A stretch of DNA of 64,000 nucleotides from Ilumatobacteraceae bacterium (GTDB lineage: Bacteria; Actinomycetota; Acidimicrobiia; Acidimicrobiales; Ilumatobacteraceae). Below are positions 1 to 9,391 of this stretch, one piece after another (position 1 is the stretch's first letter; the number at the start of each line of letters is the position of its first letter). Where the stretch lies: positions 157,354-221,353 of the forward strand of contig CAVUJO010000004.1 in assembly GCA_963741875.1 (NCBI GenBank), written 5' to 3'. Position numbers and translations under genes: made by a program. The notes beneath the pieces were generated by a model, which was not told the origin of the DNA, did no database searches, and worked only from the letters and a program-made list of their open reading frames with translations.

Positions 1-2
1 CG

Positions 3-127
3 ATCTCGCTCGAGGTGCTCGCTCGCAACCCCCGCGCACGCGCCGTCTACGACAAGATCGGCTTCGTCGCAGAGCGGGAGTTCGACGAGGACGGCGAGTC
101 GTGGATCGAGATGCGGATCCGCCGCTG
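3..127 (+). CDS. GNAT-family N-acetyltransferase, C-terminal fragment (5-prime end outside window)
   Basis: Frame 3 reads ISLEVLARNPRARAVYDKIGFVAEREFDEDGESWIEMRIRR then TGA at 125-127; ARNxxAxxxYxKxGF tail is typical of GNAT enzymes. Confidence 0.55.
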
Positions 128-196
128 AGTGCGCTGCCGCCCCATGACCAGGATGCTCTGATCAGGTGATTTCCCCTGATCAGGGCGGGAAACCAG

Positions 197-271
197 TGGC
201 GCCCTCGGGAGGATTCGAACCTCCGCACACGGCTCCGGAGGCCGATGCTCTATCCCCTGAGCTACGAGGGC
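197..271 (-). tRNA. tRNA-Arg (anticodon CCG), CCA encoded
   Basis: Reverse complement GCCCTCGTAGCTCAGGGGATAGAGCATCGGCCTCCGGAGCCGTGTGCGGAGGTTCGAATCCTCCCGAGGGCGCCA folds as a cloverleaf: 7-bp acceptor, GCTC/GAGC D stem, anticodon loop CU-CCG-GA, GGAGG/CCTCC T stem with TTCGAAT loop. Confidence 0.9.
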
Positions 272-344
272 AGGGGCCCCGAAGACTACCGGCGGTGGAG
301 GCGGTTCGAGATGCGTCTCGGATCTCGAACGTTCAGTACAACGT

Positions 345-1112
345 TCAGTACGAAGAGTCGGAAGCGGGAGCGGCGGAGCCGTCGAGTTCGGCGAGCAGCG
401 CGTCGAGGACTCCGCTGGCCCCGTAGCGGAACGTCGACGGTGTCGCCCAGCCCTGGCCCATCACCTCGTCGGCGAGGTCGAGGTACGCCATGGCGTCGTC
501 GAAGCTGCGGATGCCGCCCGACGGCTTGAGGCCGACCGTACGTCCGTGCTGCGACGCCGTGGCGATCTCCCCGAGCATCGCTCGGGCCGCGTCGAGCGAT
601 GCTCCCTCGGCGATCTTGCCGGTCGACGTCTTGACGAAGTCGGCGCCGTTCGCGATCGCGAGACGCGCTGCAGCCGCGACCGGCTCGGAGCCGGTGTACG
701 CGCCGGACTCCAAGATCACCTTGAGCAGCCTCGGCGAGTCGATCAGTGCGGCGACGGCGCCGACCATCTCGCTGGCGGGATCGAGCTCACCGTCGAGGAA
801 CGCCCGGTACGGCAGCACCAGGTCGATGTCGTCGGCACCGGCCGCCAGCGCCGCCTCGGACATCGCGAGCACGTCAGCGACCGGTTCGTCGCCCGACGGG
901 AAATTCACGACGGTGGCCACCCGCACCGGTGATCCTTCGAGCAGCTCGGCACAACGAGCCACGAACTCCGGCCAGACGCACACCGCAGCCGTTCCGTGCT
1001 CACGTGCGCGACGACACAACTCATCGATGCCGTCGGGTGCGTGATCGTCGGACAGATCGGTGAGATCGATCAGGGCGATGGCACGGCGGGCTCGGTCGGT
1101 GCGCTCGTTCAC
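345..1112 (-). CDS. deoC: deoxyribose-phosphate aldolase
   Basis: ORF 345..1448 trimmed to GTG at 1112 (GTGA overlap with upstream stop at 1109). VATVVNFPSG and DFVKTSTGK (Schiff-base Lys) motifs of DERA; the upstream part of the ORF is Arg/Gly-rich and overlaps the neighbouring gene. Confidence 0.85.
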   Translation of the reverse strand: MNERTDRARRAIALIDLTDLSDDHAPDGIDELCRRAREHGTAAVCVWPEFVARCAELLEGSPVRVATVVNFPSGDEPVADVLAMSEAALAAGADDIDLVLPYRAFLDGELDPASEMVGAVAALIDSPRLLKVILESGAYTGSEPVAAAARLAIANGADFVKTSTGKIAEGASLDAARAMLGEIATASQHGRTVGLKPSGGIRSFDDAMAYLDLADEVMGQGWATPSTFRYGASGVLDALLAELDGSAAPASDSSY

Positions 1113-2368
1113 GTCTCGAACGTACTCGACTCGGATCCCTCCGACGCCGGGTCGAGTTCGATGCGTGGAATGCTGCCCGTGTCGAGGCGGAGCTGGCGCT
1201 CCTTCGGCGAGCCGGCGAGCACGCTCCCGAGGTAGTCCACCATCGCCTCGTCGTTCGTGATGTCCTCGCCGCGTTCCTCGGCCATCAGATACCGGTGCTC
1301 GAGCAACTGGTGGAACACCTCTGCCGGTTCCAGTCGCGACCGGAGCTCGTCGGGAATCATGCCGATGATCGGTTCGTACACCTCGGCCAACCACCGAGCG
1401 GTCGCCACCGCTCGCGGGATCGATCGGTCCTCTTTTCGTTCGAGCCACGCCCGGAACTGATCGATGTCCGACAGCAGCCGACGGGCCTGGTTCTCCTGTA
1501 CGTCGAGACCCGTGCGAGACCGCAGGTCACGGGCGTGGTGGCCCTCCTCGATCAGCACCGGTGTCACCGACAGCGTCCGTCCGTCTCGATTGATCGCCAG
1601 TTCCTCCACGTCGAAGCCGAGATCGTTGATCCGGCGCACGCGCTGCTCGATCTGCCAACGGTCGTCGAGGTCGAGCAGATCGACTCGGGTGAGCTCGGTC
1701 CACAACCCCTCGTAGCGCGAGCGCAGGCTCTCGGCGATCGCGACGGGGTCGATCTCGTCGGAGACCCGCCCGCTGGCGATCAGCTCGTAGAGCCCACCGG
1801 CCACGTTCTCCACGGCGATGTCGACGTCGTTGGCTCGCATCCGGTCGCCGATCGTGGCGTGACGCTCGGTGGTCTCGGCGTCGACGAGATAGGCCATCAT
1901 CGCCCCGGCGTCGCGTCGCCACAGGATGTTCGACAGCGAACAGTCACCCCAGTAGACGCCTTCGAGGTGCAGTCGCACCAGCAGCACCACACCGGCGTCC
2001 ATCAGCCGATCGGCGAGTGAGACGTCGCCGCGTCCGAGCAGGTACCAGTACGGCAGCGAGTAGTCGAGGTAGCGGGTGATCAACACGCCATCGCCCACGT
2101 TGGGCGCATCCGACACCACCCCGACCGGCTCGACGACGGGGAGATGGTCGTCGCGCATGTCGCGCAGGACTCGGTACTCGTGATGCGCTGCAACGACCCC
2201 GGTCGCCTTCAGGGCATAGACGCGATCGTCGAACCGCACGAACCGCACGACGTGTCGGCTGATGCCGTGGGCCATCTTGACCAGGTGCGGATCGTCCCAG
2301 TCGGCGAGCGGCTGCTCCCATGGGAGGTCGAGGAAGTCCGGATGACCCTGCTTGGTGACGATCTCCAT
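1109..2368 (-). CDS. DUF4032 domain protein (lipopolysaccharide/RIO-like kinase fold)
   Basis: 419-aa ORF with ATG at 2368; sequence (HGISRHVVRF..YALKA..YWGDCSLSNILWRRD..YLVDAETTE) matches the actinobacterial DUF4032 family as I remember it. Confidence 0.75.
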   Translation of the reverse strand: MEIVTKQGHPDFLDLPWEQPLADWDDPHLVKMAHGISRHVVRFVRFDDRVYALKATGVVAAHHEYRVLRDMRDDHLPVVEPVGVVSDAPNVGDGVLITRYLDYSLPYWYLLGRGDVSLADRLMDAGVVLLVRLHLEGVYWGDCSLSNILWRRDAGAMMAYLVDAETTERHATIGDRMRANDVDIAVENVAGGLYELIASGRVSDEIDPVAIAESLRSRYEGLWTELTRVDLLDLDDRWQIEQRVRRINDLGFDVEELAINRDGRTLSVTPVLIEEGHHARDLRSRTGLDVQENQARRLLSDIDQFRAWLERKEDRSIPRAVATARWLAEVYEPIIGMIPDELRSRLEPAEVFHQLLEHRYLMAEERGEDITNDEAMVDYLGSVLAGSPKERQLRLDTGSIPRIELDPASEGSESSTFET

Positions 2369-2396
2369 GTTCGATACCTCTCAACGAGCCAGACGT

Positions 2397-4031
2397 TCAG
2401 GCCAGCCAGATGGCCGTGTCGGGTGGGAGCTGATCACCGACGAGCGGTCCCGACACCAGCAGCACGTCGCCGTCCGGGACGTCGATCGCATCGTCTCCCA
2501 TGTTGACGATGCAGCGAAGGCCGTCGGCTCGCTCGAACGCCACCACGTCGGTGCCGATGTCGATCCATGCAAGCCGCCCATCGAACGTGTCGTCCTCGAT
2601 TGCGCCGGCTGCACGCCGCTGTCGACGGATCGCCAGTGCGTGACGATAGAGCCACAACGTCGAGTCGGGATCTCGATCCTGCGACGCTGCCGAGAGCTGC
2701 GCGAAGGCGGCCGGCTGCGGGAGCCAGGCCCCTGCGGCACCGAATCCCAGAGATGGGCCGGTCGGCTCCCACGGGATCGGCACCCGGCACCCGTCGCGCC
2801 CCTTGACCGTGTGGCCCGAGTCGTTCCAAATCGGGTCCTGGAGCACGTCGACCGGCAGGTCCCAGGCCTCGGGGAGGCCGAGTTCGTCACCTTGGTAGAC
2901 GTACACCGATCCGGGCAGGGCGAACGTCAGCAGCGCTGCCGCTCGGGCCCGGGCGGCGCCTCGCTCGGCATCGAGCAGGTCCGCCGGCCCGTCCAACAGC
3001 CACAGGCCCGGCTCGACGCCAGGTGGAAGCCCGTATCGCGTTGCGTGACGGACGACGTCGTGGTTCGACAACACCCAGGTCGAATTCGATCCCACGGCCT
3101 GGGCGGCTCGAAGACTCTCGTCGATGATCGCGACGAACTGCTTTGCGTCCCACGGCGCGGTCAGCAGGTCGAAGTCGAATGCCTGGTGATACTCGTCCGA
3201 ACGCAGGTACAGCGGGCGCCGCTCGACCGCCACCCACGCCTCGGCGACCATCATGCGGCCGTCGTACTCGTCGAGCACTCGCCGCCACCGCCGCACGATC
3301 GGGTGCAGATCATCGCGATCCAAGTACGGCACCGGGTCGGTGGTCGCCTTGCCGTCGTTGACGTCCAGCCCGGCGTCGGGATAGCCGGGCGCTTTGGTGA
3401 GCGAGTGTGCGACATCGATTCGAAATCCAGCTGCGCCCCGATCGAGCCAGAACCGCATGACGGCCTCGAACTCGTCGGCGACGGCAGGATGGTCCCAGTT
3501 GACGTCCGGCTGGCTCTCGTCGAACAGGTGCAGGTACCACTGTCCATCAGGGACTCGGGTCCACGCCGACCCGCCGAACACCGACCGCCAGTCGTTCGGC
3601 GGCAACGCTCCTCCCGGTCCTCGACCGTCGAGGAAGTGGTAGCGGGAGCGGGCGTCGGAGCCGGGCGGTGACGCGAGCGCGTCGACGAACCAGACATGTT
3701 CGGACGAGGTGTGGTTGGGAACGAGATCGACGAGCACCCGGATGCCGTGATCGGCGGCGTCGGCGATGAACGCCTCGGCCTCCTCGGTCGTGCCGAACTG
3801 CTCGTTGATCTCGCGATAGTCGGCGACGTCGTAGCCGCCGTCGTGCAGCGGGGATCGGTACCACGGATTGATCCACACCGCATCGACGCCGAGGTCACGG
3901 AGGTAGCCGAGTCGCGACCTCATCCCGGCGACGTCGCCCGTGCCATCGCCGTTGCCGTCCGAGAACGACCGCACGTAGATCTGGTAGACGACGGCATGGC
4001 GCCACCACTGCGGGTCGGTCTCGCCTGGCAT
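2397..4031 (-). CDS. GH13 alpha-glucosidase / oligo-1,6-glucosidase-type enzyme
   Basis: WWRHAVVYQIYVRSF, DAVWINPWY, DLVPNHTS, GFRIDVAH, QPDVNW, MVAEAW, LSNHD conserved GH13 regions; start set at ATG 4031 (MPGETDPQWW). Confidence 0.85.
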   Translation of the reverse strand: MPGETDPQWWRHAVVYQIYVRSFSDGNGDGTGDVAGMRSRLGYLRDLGVDAVWINPWYRSPLHDGGYDVADYREINEQFGTTEEAEAFIADAADHGIRVLVDLVPNHTSSEHVWFVDALASPPGSDARSRYHFLDGRGPGGALPPNDWRSVFGGSAWTRVPDGQWYLHLFDESQPDVNWDHPAVADEFEAVMRFWLDRGAAGFRIDVAHSLTKAPGYPDAGLDVNDGKATTDPVPYLDRDDLHPIVRRWRRVLDEYDGRMMVAEAWVAVERRPLYLRSDEYHQAFDFDLLTAPWDAKQFVAIIDESLRAAQAVGSNSTWVLSNHDVVRHATRYGLPPGVEPGLWLLDGPADLLDAERGAARARAAALLTFALPGSVYVYQGDELGLPEAWDLPVDVLQDPIWNDSGHTVKGRDGCRVPIPWEPTGPSLGFGAAGAWLPQPAAFAQLSAASQDRDPDSTLWLYRHALAIRRQRRAAGAIEDDTFDGRLAWIDIGTDVVAFERADGLRCIVNMGDDAIDVPDGDVLLVSGPLVGDQLPPDTAIWLA

Positions 4032-4094
4032 GCACGCACTCCTCGCTGGTCGATCACCTGGGCGACCGGAAGCCCGGTCGCTTGGGCACCACAC

Positions 4095-4108
4095 TGTAAA
4101 CGCTTACA
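4095..4108. promoter_or_regulatory. candidate LacI-family operator
   Basis: TGTAAACGCTTACA fits the LacI-family palindrome TGnAAnCGnTTnCA (6 of 7 pairs); lies between the divergent alpha-glucosidase and LacI genes. Confidence 0.5.
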
Positions 4109-4125
4109 CTCATCGCTGGGGACCC

Positions 4126-5157
4126 ATGGAATCTCGAGAGGACCGCGCGGGGAAGCGAGCCCGCATCGAAGACGTCGCCCTGGCCGCGAACGTTTCGGTT
4201 GCCACGGTGAGCCGCGCACTCAGGAATCTCCCCAACGTTGCCGACTCCACACGGCAACGGGTGACGGCGATCGCCGAATCGATGAACTACCGCCCCGACC
4301 CGGCGGCGGCACGTCTCGCCACCGGACGGTCACGCACGATCACCGTCGTGGTTCCCCACCTGTCGAGCTGGTACTTCTCGACCGTGATCGCCGGGGCCGA
4401 GGCCGTGTGTGCCGAGGCCGGCTACGAGTGCCTCGTACTCGGTGTCGGCACCATTGCAGAGTGCGACCGTCTCCTCGACGAGCCCTTCCACCTCGAACGA
4501 CGTACCGACGGACTCGTCCTCGTGAACATTCCGGCGACGGAGCCCCAGGCCGCATCGCTCCACGAGCGCGGCGTTGGGCTCTCGACCGTCGGCACGCAGA
4601 CGCCGGGCCATCCAGCGGTACTGATCGACGACGTCAACGCCGGGAACATCGCCGCGCAACATCTGATCGGGCTCGGCCATCGACGTCTCGGCATGATCAG
4701 CGGCCAGAGCAACGACCCCATGAACTTCGCCGTTCCTCGCAAGCGCCGCGAGGGCTTCCGTTCTGCCCTCGAACACGCCGGCATCGCGTTCGACGAGTCG
4801 CTGGTGCGCAGCGGCAACTTCGGAATCGATGGGGGCCAGGAGGCGATGGGTGCACTGCTCGACCGGTCCGACCCGCCGACCGCCGTGTTCGCCATGTCCG
4901 ACGAAATGGCCTTCGGCGCGCTCATGGCCCTCGCGGAACGTGGACTGCGACCCGCTGCCGACGTGTCGCTGATCGGCGTCGACGACCACGACGTCGCCCG
5001 GGTCGTCGGGCTGACCACGATTCGTCAGCGTGTGGCCGGGCAGGGAGCGGCAGCGATGCGGGCCCTACTGGCTCGACTCGCCGATCCGAGCGCAGCCCCC
5101 ACCGCCGTCGACTCTCCGCTCGACCTCATCGTGCGTCACACCACCGCACGCCGCTGA
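4126..5157 (+). CDS. LacI-family transcriptional regulator
   Basis: N-terminal HTH IEDVALAANVSVATVSRALRN followed by periplasmic-binding-protein-like sugar-binding fold; ATG at 4126 (MESRED) chosen over upstream in-frame ATG 4030. Confidence 0.85.
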   Translation: MESREDRAGKRARIEDVALAANVSVATVSRALRNLPNVADSTRQRVTAIAESMNYRPDPAAARLATGRSRTITVVVPHLSSWYFSTVIAGAEAVCAEAGYECLVLGVGTIAECDRLLDEPFHLERRTDGLVLVNIPATEPQAASLHERGVGLSTVGTQTPGHPAVLIDDVNAGNIAAQHLIGLGHRRLGMISGQSNDPMNFAVPRKRREGFRSALEHAGIAFDESLVRSGNFGIDGGQEAMGALLDRSDPPTAVFAMSDEMAFGALMALAERGLRPAADVSLIGVDDHDVARVVGLTTIRQRVAGQGAAAMRALLARLADPSAAPTAVDSPLDLIVRHTTARR

Positions 5158-5158
5158 C

Positions 5159-5671
5159 TCACGCTCGTCGGGTGGCGCTCCAGGTGGCGTACTCGTCGGC
5201 GAATCCGATCATGATCAGCGGCAGCACCGCTCCGGTGAAGATCCCCGCCGGGACGACCACGACGAGCAGGACCAGCATGTACAACGCGGTGAACGCGACC
5301 GTACCGAGCCGCCAGAACGTCAGCCGGGGAACACTCGGTCGATTGAGCACGAGTGCGCCGCCGAGGCAGAAGCCGGTGGCCGCACCGAGCAGCGGATCGA
5401 GCAGCCCGATCGTGAGACCGACCAGCAACAACAGCCCCATCGCCTGCAGCACGCGCTTGGGCGCCACGGGGTTCCGTGAGATGAAGCCGAGCGCGATGAA
5501 CACGAACGGCGCGATTGCCAATCCGATCGCGGCCAGTTCGAGCTGGAATCCCGATCGTTCGCCCTCGCTGTCGATGAACGCCGCGCCGTAGCTGAAGTAG
5601 CTGAACATCATCAGCGGCGTCGCCCAGGCGATCGCGATCCAGTTCCGGCGGCGAACACCCTGGGCGTCCAC
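5159..5671 (-). CDS. hypothetical integral membrane protein (about 5 TM segments)
   Basis: 170-aa ORF, GTG start, high third-position GC, hydrophobic segments; lies at the distal end of the sugar ABC operon. Confidence 0.55.
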   Translation of the reverse strand: MDAQGVRRRNWIAIAWATPLMMFSYFSYGAAFIDSEGERSGFQLELAAIGLAIAPFVFIALGFISRNPVAPKRVLQAMGLLLLVGLTIGLLDPLLGAATGFCLGGALVLNRPSVPRLTFWRLGTVAFTALYMLVLLVVVVPAGIFTGAVLPLIMIGFADEYATWSATRRA

Positions 5672-5694
5672 CGCATGCTCGGCCGTCGACAGGG

Positions 5695-6603
5695 TCAGCC
5701 CTTGACCGAGCCTGCGGTGAGGCCGCGAACGAAGTAGCGCTGAAGGCTGAAGAACACCACCAGCGGCAGGATCATCGTGACGAACGCCGCCGCGGGCAGC
5801 AGGTTGAGCGCTCCTTCACCGCGACCGGCGAGGTCGGCGAGTTCGACGGTGAGCACGCGATTCTCGGGATCGATCCCGAGAAAGACCAACGCCACCAGGA
5901 AGTCGTTCCAGGTCCACAGGAACTGGAAGATCGCAAACGATGCCAGGACCGGCACCGACAGCGGCAGGATCAGTTTCGTGAAGATGGCGAAGTGATCGGC
6001 ACCGTCGATACGGGCGGACTCGATCATCGAACCCGGCAGCGACCCCATGTAGTTGCGCAACAGGTACACCGCCAGCGGAAGCCCGAAGCCGGTGTGCGCC
6101 AGCCACACCGCCGGATACGTGCCGGTGAGGTCGAGGTCGGTGTAGACCCGCAGAATCGGGATGAGCGCCATCTGCAGCGGGACAACCATCAGCCCGACGA
6201 CGACGATGAACAAGAAGTTGCGGCCAGGGAAATCCATCCAGGCGAACGCGTACGCCGCGAACGCAGCGACCATGATCGGAATCACCGTGGCGGGGATGCT
6301 CACGGCGAGCGTGTTGAGGAAGGCGTTGCTGAAGCCCTCGTCGAGCACCCGGGTGTAGTTGTCGAGCGTCCACTGCGCGGTGTCGAAGGGACTGGCCAGC
6401 GCGGTCCACCAGCCGGTGGCACGGATGTCGCCCGGGTCACGGAACGAGTTGACCAGGAGTCCGAGCGTCGGAATGGTCCACAGCGCCGCGATCAGCACGA
6501 CCGAGAGATAGACGGGGAAGCCCGCGCGCTTGGCCTTCGGGGGCTTGAGGTTGGTCGGCTCGTCGTCGAGGACGAGATCCGAGGGTGTGTCGAGCGTCGT
6601 CAT
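5695..6603 (-). CDS. carbohydrate ABC transporter permease (MalG/UgpE-like)
   Basis: EAA loop IESARIDGADHFAIFTKLILPL; ATGA overlap with upstream permease stop at 6600. Confidence 0.9.
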   Translation of the reverse strand: MTTLDTPSDLVLDDEPTNLKPPKAKRAGFPVYLSVVLIAALWTIPTLGLLVNSFRDPGDIRATGWWTALASPFDTAQWTLDNYTRVLDEGFSNAFLNTLAVSIPATVIPIMVAAFAAYAFAWMDFPGRNFLFIVVVGLMVVPLQMALIPILRVYTDLDLTGTYPAVWLAHTGFGLPLAVYLLRNYMGSLPGSMIESARIDGADHFAIFTKLILPLSVPVLASFAIFQFLWTWNDFLVALVFLGIDPENRVLTVELADLAGRGEGALNLLPAAAFVTMILPLVVFFSLQRYFVRGLTAGSVKG

Positions 6604-7760
6604 CGCATGGCCTCCTCGGCCTTGAAGCGGCGGATGTTGATGATCAGGATCGGCACGATCGCCACGAACATCAGCACGGCCAAGGCGGCACCGATCCCGT
6701 TGTTGCGGTTGGTGAAGAACTCCTGCACCATCTGCTGGGCAACGACCTGCGTTTCGTCACGTCCGCCGGTCATCACGAACACGATGTCGAAGACCTTCCA
6801 CACCGTGATGATCACCGTGGTCCACACCACCACGATCGTGGACTTGATCGTCGGGATCGTGATCCGGGTGAAGACCTTCCATTCGGACGCACCGTCGATC
6901 CGTGCCGCTTCGATGAGCTCGATGGGCACCCCCTTGATCGCGGAGGACAGGATCACCATCGAGAAGCCGGTCTGCAACCAGATCAGGATCACCATCAGGT
7001 ACAGGTTGTTCCAGGGTTGCTGTGCCAGCCAGTTGGTCGGTTCGCCGCCGAGGCCGACCTTGATCGCATTGAGGAGTCCGATCTGCTCGCCGAACCCTTC
7101 GGGCCGGAACGAGTAGACGAACGTGAAGACCACCGACGCACCGACGAACGAGATCGCCATCGGCATGAAGATCATCGACTTGGTGACCGATTCGGTTCGT
7201 TTGCCGAGTTGATCGACCAGCGTGGCGAAGCCGAGGCCGATGATCAATGCCGCCGCCGGCACGACCACCACCCACAGGATCGAGTTGCGGATTCCGATCT
7301 GGTACTGCTCTTCGGTGAACAGCGTCTTGAAGTTGTCGAGCCCGACCCACTCGTCGCTGCGGGCGTTCTGCAGGCTGAGGAAGAGCGTGTTGACCGCTGG
7401 GTACACCAGATAGAACCCGAGGAACGCCATCGCCGGGCCGACGAACAGGAACGGTCGCACGGCGTTGGCGGCTCGACGGGGCAGCCGGCTGATCAGCTGG
7501 TCGGCGCCCCAGTAGAGGCCCCACGCGCCGAGCGTGCCGACGATGACGGCCAAGATGACCTTGAGACCCTTGTTCGCGTCCTCGTCCTTCAGGAACAGGA
7601 ACGAGAAGTAGAACACGGCGAGGATCGCCGGAATGGTCAGCGCGGCGATGACCGACAGGATCGTCGTCCCCAGTCCGTACTCGACGTCGACGTCCTCCAT
7701 CGGCCGGTGCGGTGGTTCGACGTTGCTGTCGTCGACCAGCATCGGTTGCTGTTCACTCAT
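6600..7760 (-). CDS. carbohydrate ABC transporter permease (MalF/UgpA-like)
   Basis: EAA loop IEAARIDGASEWKVFTRITIPT, six predicted TM segments, ATG at 7760. Confidence 0.9.
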   Translation of the reverse strand: MSEQQPMLVDDSNVEPPHRPMEDVDVEYGLGTTILSVIAALTIPAILAVFYFSFLFLKDEDANKGLKVILAVIVGTLGAWGLYWGADQLISRLPRRAANAVRPFLFVGPAMAFLGFYLVYPAVNTLFLSLQNARSDEWVGLDNFKTLFTEEQYQIGIRNSILWVVVVPAAALIIGLGFATLVDQLGKRTESVTKSMIFMPMAISFVGASVVFTFVYSFRPEGFGEQIGLLNAIKVGLGGEPTNWLAQQPWNNLYLMVILIWLQTGFSMVILSSAIKGVPIELIEAARIDGASEWKVFTRITIPTIKSTIVVVWTTVIITVWKVFDIVFVMTGGRDETQVVAQQMVQEFFTNRNNGIGAALAVLMFVAIVPILIINIRRFKAEEAMR

Positions 7761-7893
7761 GTCGTCTCACGTTTCGGCATCTCCGGCTTCCCCCATGGCA
7801 GACGGTGTGTTCTCTAGTGAAGCACAGGGGCGGCTCCCCGGAGGAAGCCGCCCCTGCATTCAGTGTGTGTTCATCGAATCCGGCCCGAGCCGG

Positions 7894-9285
7894 TCAGCTC
7901 GGCCAACTCGACTCGACGGTGTCGGCGACTTCCTGGCTCGCTGCACCGCGTGACCAGTCGACCATCGCGGTCCAGAATGATCCCTGGCCCACCGATGCCG
8001 GCATGAGGTCGGAGGCGTCGAAGGCGAACGTGTTCGCCGCCAGCGCCTCGGTGACCGCCGTGGCGAACGCCTGGGACTGCTCGGTGTCGTAGCAGTTCGG
8101 ATCGACGTTGGCGTTGCCGGGCAGCCGCTCGACGCCTTCCACGCCGTGGCCACCGTAGACGGCGATGCCGCCACCATTCGGCGAGGCCAAGGTGCACTGC
8201 CACTCAGGTGTGATCCAGTCCTGGACGACGGCGACGTTCGCGTCGGCGCCGTCGAAGACGATCAGCGTGTCACCGCCGCCCATCGCACCGCCGTTGCCGT
8301 CGACCGTCGGGAACGGGAACGTCCCGATCTCTTCGTTCTCGCCGTCTTCGAAGCCTGGCTGGTCAGCGAACACGTTGGCGATGAACGAACCCTGCTTGAG
8401 CATGGCGCATCCCGGCGGGTCCTCGAACAGCGGCCCGGGCGAGTCGTTGAAGTTCACGCCGGCCACGTTCTCGGCACCGCCGAGCACGAAACCATCAGCG
8501 AGGAGAATCTCACCGAACGTGTCGAACGCCGCCACGACAGCTGGGTCGTTGAACGGGATCTCGTGGTTGACCCACTGGTCGTAGACGTCAGCGCCGGACT
8601 GGCGCAGGAGGATGTCCTCGATCCAGTCGGTGCCGGGCCAGCCGGTCGCACCGCCGGACTCGAAGCCGAAGCACCAGGGCGTCTGGCCGTCGTCGACCAT
8701 CTGCTGCGACAGCGTCACCATGTCCTCGTAGGTTTCGGGGATCTCGTAGCCGCCCTCCTCGAAGACCGGCTTGCTGTAGAAGACGATCGACTTGTAGTTC
8801 GGGAACCACGGGACGCCGTAGTGCATGCCGTCGTCACAGAGGCCGAGGTTCATCCAGTACGTGGAGTGATCGGCTTCCATCTGGGCGATGTCGAAGCCCA
8901 TGTCCTCGAGCGACACGAGCGCGCCTTGATCGGCGTACTCGCAGATCGATGCCGGCTGCGGCGTGAACGCCACCGCCGGCGGGTTGCCGCCGTCGACCTG
9001 GATGCGCAGCTGCGCCTCGAAGTCATCGGAACCGGTGAATTCGATGTTCGACCCGGTCTCTTCGTTGTACACGTCGATGAAACCGCTGAGTGCATCGCCT
9101 TCGACGCCGGTCGGCGCACCGAACAGCGTGAAGTCGGCGTCAGCCGCAGCGGATGAACTGCCACCAGCGGTGCCCGACGCGTCGGTGTCGGATGACGAAC
9201 TGTCGTCGTCGCTCCCACAGGCCGCAGCGACCAGCCCGAAAGCTGCCACTGCGGCGAGAATCTTGATCCCTCGAGATCGTTGCAT
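7894..9285 (-). CDS. carbohydrate ABC transporter substrate-binding lipoprotein
   Basis: Start at ATG 9285 (MQRSRGIKILAAVAAFGLVAAACGSDDD = signal peptide plus lipobox), family 1 extracellular solute-binding fold. Confidence 0.85.
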   Translation of the reverse strand: MQRSRGIKILAAVAAFGLVAAACGSDDDSSSSDTDASGTAGGSSSAAADADFTLFGAPTGVEGDALSGFIDVYNEETGSNIEFTGSDDFEAQLRIQVDGGNPPAVAFTPQPASICEYADQGALVSLEDMGFDIAQMEADHSTYWMNLGLCDDGMHYGVPWFPNYKSIVFYSKPVFEEGGYEIPETYEDMVTLSQQMVDDGQTPWCFGFESGGATGWPGTDWIEDILLRQSGADVYDQWVNHEIPFNDPAVVAAFDTFGEILLADGFVLGGAENVAGVNFNDSPGPLFEDPPGCAMLKQGSFIANVFADQPGFEDGENEEIGTFPFPTVDGNGGAMGGGDTLIVFDGADANVAVVQDWITPEWQCTLASPNGGGIAVYGGHGVEGVERLPGNANVDPNCYDTEQSQAFATAVTEALAANTFAFDASDLMPASVGQGSFWTAMVDWSRGAASQEVADTVESSWPS

Positions 9286-9362
9286 GATGTCTCCCCCTCC
9301 AGCGGAACCCAGAAGGCCGCAGCACCCGTCTGGAGTTTCCAGGTGGGGCCTTCGCTCACGGT

Positions 9363-9376
9363 TGTAAGCGCTTTCA
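9363..9376. promoter_or_regulatory. candidate LacI-family operator
   Basis: TGTAAGCGCTTTCA (6 of 7 pairs palindromic), 78 nt upstream of the substrate-binding protein start; shares the CGCTTACA-type half-site with 4095-4108. Confidence 0.5.
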
Positions 9377-9391
9377 TCGTAGGGCGGTCGT

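Noticed and set aside
158-183. Two copies of the palindrome CTGATCAG(G) 9 nt apart, between the GNAT fragment and tRNA-Arg
   Set aside because: This is a short hairpin that is adequately explained as a terminator shared by the GNAT gene and the tRNA. I also considered the tRNA as an integration hot spot, but there is no integrase, direct repeat of the tRNA 3-prime end, or compositional shift nearby.
3696-5591. 631-aa ORF on the plus strand, plus many other long ORFs in the track (for example 2352-3671, 20113-21345, 20714-22519, 30592-31989, 29430-31406, 58166-59470)
   Set aside because: They are Arg/Pro/Gly/His-rich and lack recognisable motifs. They lie antisense or out of frame to genes with strong family signatures. 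This is the typical long-ORF artefact of high-GC DNA.
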